The notes beneath the pieces are model-generated. The model was given only the letters and a program-made list of their open reading frames with translations, searched no databases and was not told the DNA's origin. Both the position numbers and the translations under genes were made by a program. From contig CAISJH010000500.1 of NCBI GenBank assembly GCA_903885585.1, positions 22,039-86,038 of the forward strand: 64,000 bases of DNA, in the 5' to 3' direction. Numbering within the stretch: the stretch's first letter is position 1; each line of letters starts with the position of its first letter. The stretch is from an uncultured beta proteobacterium. Its GTDB lineage: Bacteria > Pseudomonadota > Gammaproteobacteria > Burkholderiales > Burkholderiaceae_C. Below are positions 51,701 through 57,700 of the stretch, in pieces.

Positions 51701-54700
51701 GCGCCAAAAGCGGCGGCATCTTGGCGCGTGGCCAGCAGAGTGTCGATGCGCGCCAGCACGCGCTGGGCATCGGCCCGGTAGGCCTCCATCGCGGTAATTT
51801 CGGCCTGCAGCGCGGCGTGGTCGCCGGCCTGCGCCTCGGGGCGGCGGCGCGCGTCAGCCAGGCGGGCCAAGGCGTCTTCGATGACCGGCAGCGCGGCGGT
51901 GGCACGGGTGCGCACCTGGTCCAGCCAGGTGAGCGCGGGCTGGACCGCGCTGGCCCAGGTAGTGTTGGCGGTGGTCAGCGTCGCGTCGCTGACGGTGGTG
52001 GCCCCCGGACTGCCGGCGGCCCAGAAGGCGGCCAGGTCCAGGACCTGGGGCGAGGTCACCGGCAAATCGTTGGCGGGCAGGGTGAACTGACTGGCGGGCA
52101 CGGCCAGACGGGCCAGGGCAGCCAGCACGTCACCGTCGTGCTGCGGGTCGGCCGCCAGCATGGCGGCGCGCTCCTGCTGCAGCACCTGGGCCAAGCGAAC
52201 CGGATCGGCCAGCGCTTCTCGCAGTCGGCGCGCTGCGCCGTCATAGGCCTGGATCTGGGCCAGGCGGGCATCAAGCCCCTGGATGCGCTGGTTCAGCGCC
52301 GCCAGCGTGGCCGCGTCGCCCACGGTGGCGGAGGCCAGCGTCTGCAGCAGGGTGCGATCGGCCGTGAGCTCCTGCCGCAGGGCGGGCCAGGTGCTGGTGA
52401 TCAGGCTCTCCAGCCAGGTGGCTTGCGCCTGCACGCCCGCCGTCCAGGCGGCTTGGGCGCCGCTCAAGGCGACCACAGTGGCGGTGTCGTTGTAAGTGCT
52501 TGATCCCACCAGGCCGGCGGTCTGCCAGGAGGCCCAGTCAAAGCCGGCCAGGGCCACGGGGCTGAAGGCCTCGCGTTCCTCGGCGACGGCGGCGGTGAAC
52601 GCAGCCGGCTGAGAGCGCAAGCTGTTCAGGCGGGCCGCTGCGGTGGCCAGACGCTCGAAGGCCTGCAGCCGTGCCTGCGCCTGGTGCCAGGCGGCTTGCA
52701 GGTCGGCACGCTCCGAGTCGCTGGTGCGAGGCAGATCCATCTGCACCTGCAGGGCGGCCAGGCTGGCAGCAAGGTCCGCCCGCACGGCCTCGACCCGCGT
52801 GGCCAGCGTCGGCAAGGCGAGGCGCAGGCTTTGTGTGTCCGTATCCCAGTTGCTGGCGGCAGCCAGGATCTCGGTGTCGTCTGCCGGCGGTGTGCCCCCG
52901 ACCGCGCGGGCCGCGGCGAAATCGGGGATTCGCACCGAGGCCAGACCGCTCAATGCGCGGGTGAAGATGCCCGAACCCGTCAGTTGGTCGGTGGTGACGT
53001 CGAAGCCGTCCAGCGCCTTGAGCAGATCGACGTCAGCCAGAAGGGCCCGTTCCTGGACGATCTGTGCCGGGAAAGCCAGGGCGTCGTTGCGCGCGGCCAG
53101 CAGTCGGTCGACCTGCGCACGGCGAGTCAGGTGGAGTTCACGATCCTGCCGCAGGCTGGCGATGGCCTGCTCGATCGCCGTCTGCACGCCGGCGTTGGCG
53201 GGCTGGTTCCAGGCGGTTTCCAAGCGGACGAGTGCATCGTCGATGACGGGCAGCGTGGCCGAGATGCGATCGCGCAGGCCGGTCAGCCAGGTGACGGTCG
53301 GACCGACGGATGCCGACCAGGCGGCGTGTGCAGCCAAGGCCGGGGTATCGGTCAATGCCGGTGTGGGCAAGGTGCCCTTGTCGGCCCAGTAGGCACCCAG
53401 ATCGAACGTGCTGCTCAGCGGCAGGGCTGTGCTCGTAGCCAGCGATGCGGCATCCACATCGAACTCGGACATGAGGGCCAGCACATCGGCCGCCCCCGTG
53501 GCCGGCAGGTGGCCGGCAGCACGCAGCAGATCACGCTCGGTGTTCAGGCGGGTCTGGAAGGCGGCCGGGTCGGCGCGCAAGGTGACCAGGCGACCAGCCG
53601 CTGCAGACAAGGCATCCAGACGGGCCATCTGCGCCACAGTGGCCCCTGCACCATCGATCAGGGCCTGCCGTTCCGCGGCCGTGTGACCCGGCGCCTGGGC
53701 CAGGGCCGTCTGCGCCTGCTGGCTGCGGACCAACTCCACACGCAAGGCGGGCCAGGTGGTGTTGACCAAACGCTGCAGGAAATCACTGACCTCGCTGATC
53801 TCGTCGGCCCACTTGCCTGGGGCAGCGGTGAGGTCCGCCTGCACAGTCGAGTCGCTCCATCCTGCTGGCACACCCGTCTGGGCAGACTGCCACTGTGCCC
53901 AATCGAAGTGGGTGACGGCGTGACGGCCGAGCCGGTTGCGCTCGAGCACCAACTGCGCATTGAAAGCCGCTGGCTGATCCACCAGGGCGGCCAAACGCTG
54001 GGCACTGGCGTTGACGGCGCGCACCTGCTCCAGGCGAGCGGCAATGCGCCACTGCGCCTGGTCAATCTGCTGCAGGGTGGCGGCGCTCAGGCCCAGGCTG
54101 GCGCGCTGAACCGCGAGGGTGGCCTGATCGACCGCCAGTTCGCTTTGCAGGGCGGCCGTGCGGGTGACAAGCGCGCCCAGCCAGGCGCGCCAGTCCCCAT
54201 GAGCGGGGGTAGCCGCGTTCCAGCGGGCGTAGGCGTCGGTCAGCACCGCATCGTCCCCATAGGGCGCCGACGCTGCCGCATCGAGTTGCGCCAGCGAAAG
54301 GTCGGGCGTCCAGACCCCGGCAATGCTGCCCGTCGTGTACGGGCCACCCGGCTGCAAGGTGGCCGGAACCACGTCGTAAGCATTCCAGACCTGCAGCAAT
54401 GGTGCACCCAGCTCGCCCTGCAGTTCCAGGAGTTCAGCCTGCAGGGCCCTGGCGTCTGCACGCACCGCCAGCAGGCGGTCAATCTCCGTCAGCCGCGCGG
54501 CCTGCTCTGCGCGGGCCTGGAGCAGCACGTCGATACCTGCCTCCAGGTTGGCTATATCGCCGGCCGATGTGGCGGGCTCGGCCCACACCGTGCGCAGGCG
54601 AGACACCGTGTCGTCCGTGACCTGCTGCATCGCCACGAGGCGACTGCGCACCTGGTCGACCCAAGCCAGCACGGGACTGGTGTCGTCCAGCCAGCGCTGG

Positions 54701-57700
54701 TTGGCCGACAGGACCACGGTATCGAGCTGTGCTGGCGTGCCGTTGAGGCCGCCAGCGGCGCCGTCGCGCCCGAGGACCCAGAACGCGGTGACATCGAAGT
54801 ACTCGACAGCCGTGGGGCTGGTCTGGTAAGCCGGTGTGGACAGCTCGGCGGAGGGCACATCGTAGCGGGCCAGCTCGGCGAGGATGTCACTCACACCCAA
54901 GGCCGAGGCCTCGCGCGTGAGCGCGGTGCGAAAGGCGTCCGGGTCGGTACGCACCGAGCCCAGGCGGATGGCGGCGGCCGACAAGGCGTCCAGCCGGTCC
55001 ACGCGGGCCTGTGCGGCCGTACGCGCCACCGCCAGCGCGTTGTTGGCGGGGTCGGCATCGGCCAGCGCGTCGGCCAGGGCGGCGGCGGCCACCAATTGCG
55101 GCCGCAGACGCGGCAAGGTGGTGGCCACCAGGCCATCCAGCCAGGCCACAGTGGCTTGAGTGGCGGTGGTCCAGTCGCTGGCGGCGCTGGCCAGGCCAGC
55201 CAGAGCAGCGGTGCTGGTGAGGGTGCCTGCCGGTCTGCCGGTGGACCACAGGGCAAAGTCGAAGGTGTCCAAACCGGCCGAGGCGCTGCGGTAGTCGGCA
55301 TCGGTCAGAGCCGCCGCGGGCACATCGAAACGGTCCAGCCAGGCCAGCACATCATTGCCCCTGGCAACGCTGCGTTCGGCCGCCAACGCCGCGGTGAAAG
55401 TACCCAAGGTGCTGCCAGAGGCCAGCAGACGGCTGGCCACGGTGCGCGCCTCAGCGAAGGCTGCCCGGTCGGCGGCCAGCTGCGTGCGCCGCGCCGTCAG
55501 GGCCGTCTGCGCGGCGTTCTGGGCGTAGGCGGTGCTGGCCAGGGCCTGGTCCAGGTGGCGCAGGTTGCGGTCCAGCTCGGCCAGCGTGGCGGCGGCGTTC
55601 TGGTCAAAGCTGCGCAGCCAGGCCATGACCGCCGGGCCACCCGGAAAGAGCTCCGGCGGTGTGGAGGTGTTGAGCAGGCCGCGCAGCGCGCTGTCGGTGG
55701 CCGCATCCAGCCCCAGGCCGGTGGGGCCTTCGGTGGTGGCGTCCAGCACGCGCAGCAGCTCGGCCAGGCGGGCCTGCCAACGCGGCCACTGCGTGGCGTG
55801 ACTGGCCGAGGGCACCAGCGCCCACTCGGCCATCAGGCGCTGCAGCGCGCCCAGGCCCCAGGCGTCTTCCCGCGTGGCGGCGATGACAGCGCCGTAGTCC
55901 ACGGTGGCATCCACCGCCGTTGGCGTGCCGGTGACGGGCAGCGCCGCGGTGCTGACCTGCCCCGGCAGCTGAGCTGCCACCCAGGCACGCAGCTCGTTCA
56001 GGCCGCGCAGTTGCACCTGCTCCCCGTCGCGCAGGATGCCCAGCGCTTCCAGGCGGGGGGCCAGGTCCTTGCCGGTGGCGGTGCCGAAGGCAGCCAGCAA
56101 ATCACGGAAGCTGCGGCTGACTGTGGCGCCGTTCACCAGGGCGTTGAACAGAGGGGCGCGGGCATCGAAAACATCCGAGCCGAAGGTGGCTGCGGCTGCC
56201 GGTGCCAGGCCGTTGAGGAAGCTGACCAGTTCGCTGGCCGTGATGGCCTCGCTCTGGATGCGACCCGGAGCGGCCACTGGCGGCTGCGCGGCGGCATACA
56301 GCGTCTGGACGGCGCGCTCCAGATCCTGCAGGTACCACTGGGGCTGGGTGGGCAGCGGGTCAGTGCCCAGCAAGCGCACCAGCAGGTGGCTGAAGTCCTG
56401 CAACGAAAGGCGGCGCGTGCCGGTGGCGTCCGTCGGGTCGGCAAACAGCCGCGCATCGGCCGCGATGGGCGTGTTGCGGCTTTGCGAGGCCGGCAGGGCA
56501 AAGAGGCTGTCGGCCACCCGCAGCAGCGCCGCGCTGGCGCCGCTGAAGCGCAGGTTGCGCGTCTCGTAGGCCTGCATCCACGGGTGGGTGAAGTCCAGCT
56601 CGTCCAGGCGGCTGGGGTTGAGCTCTCGCGCGGTGACCAGCAGGCGGATCAGGGCGTTGTAGTCCAGACCGTCGGTGGCCAGGGCCGGCCATGCCTGCAG
56701 CATGCGCGTTCGCAGCCCGGCGGCGTCCAGCCATTCGCCCAGGCTGCGGTAAGTGCCATCCGCGTCACGCCAGACAGGCTCGTCCAGCCCGATGCCGGCG
56801 TCAAACGACAGGCGTGTCAGCAGGTCGGCGTTTTCCTGCAGGTTGGCGATGATCGACCGACCCAGCGTCAGGGTGCCTGCGCGGTTGAGGTCATTGGCGG
56901 CGAGCGCCAGACCGGCTGCCTGCAAGGGCGTGCGCGCCGCAAGTTGGCGGCGGATTTCGGCCACCTGGTCGTTCAGCACCGTTTCGGGTTGCACCACGGT
57001 GGCGACAGCGGCGGCCTGGATGGCGGCGGTGGAGATGTCGCTTCGAGCGACGTTGGCGCTGGTGTGGTTCAGGAGCCCGGTCGCCGAATGAGCGAGCTGG
57101 GCCATCTGAACGGGGCTGGCCAGATTGATGTCAACACTGTCTGTCAGTGGCGGGTATGTCGGGGTTGCCAAGGAAACCGGCGCGACTGGGTAGTTCGCCC
57201 AGTACAGCGCAAACATCGCCTGCTGGAGGGAGTACTCCGACACCACGGGGCGCCCTCGCAACCGGGCTTCTTCACCTGGCGCCAGGTAGCGAGTGCCATC
57301 CCACGACGAATACCCCTGCTTGATGGAGTAAGCGGCATAGACCCCGTCGAAGTTGTTTGTAACTATGCTCGGGTCGAACTGTGCCCAGCGCGTGTAACCG
57401 CCACCCTCGGCAAACTGACCCGTGCCTTTGAACCAATCCACGAGGCTGCGACTGCCCCCTGTGCGGCCCGATGAAGGGTCACCGAAATAAAGGCGCGCCA
57501 GGGCTTCAGAGAGCTGCTCCAAGGTCACGCGAGCTCCGGACCCTTCTGGATCCTCGAAGATGGCAGCGTCAAGCCCGACGCCTGTGGAGGCATCCAGGGC
57601 ATGAGTTCCTTCAAAGGTCCTGCTGTCACTCGCAGAAGTGCCCCAGAGAACAGGAAGTCCATCCAGCAGCGCGCCATTGCTGACCGTGGCCAGGCTGGTG

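Noticed and set aside
52684-57474. 1,596-aa + strand ORF and other long + strand ORFs over the giant gene (e.g. 43801..46230, 48664..50688)
   Set aside because: Antisense shadows of a high-GC3 gene; Gly/Gln/Arg-rich with no motifs.
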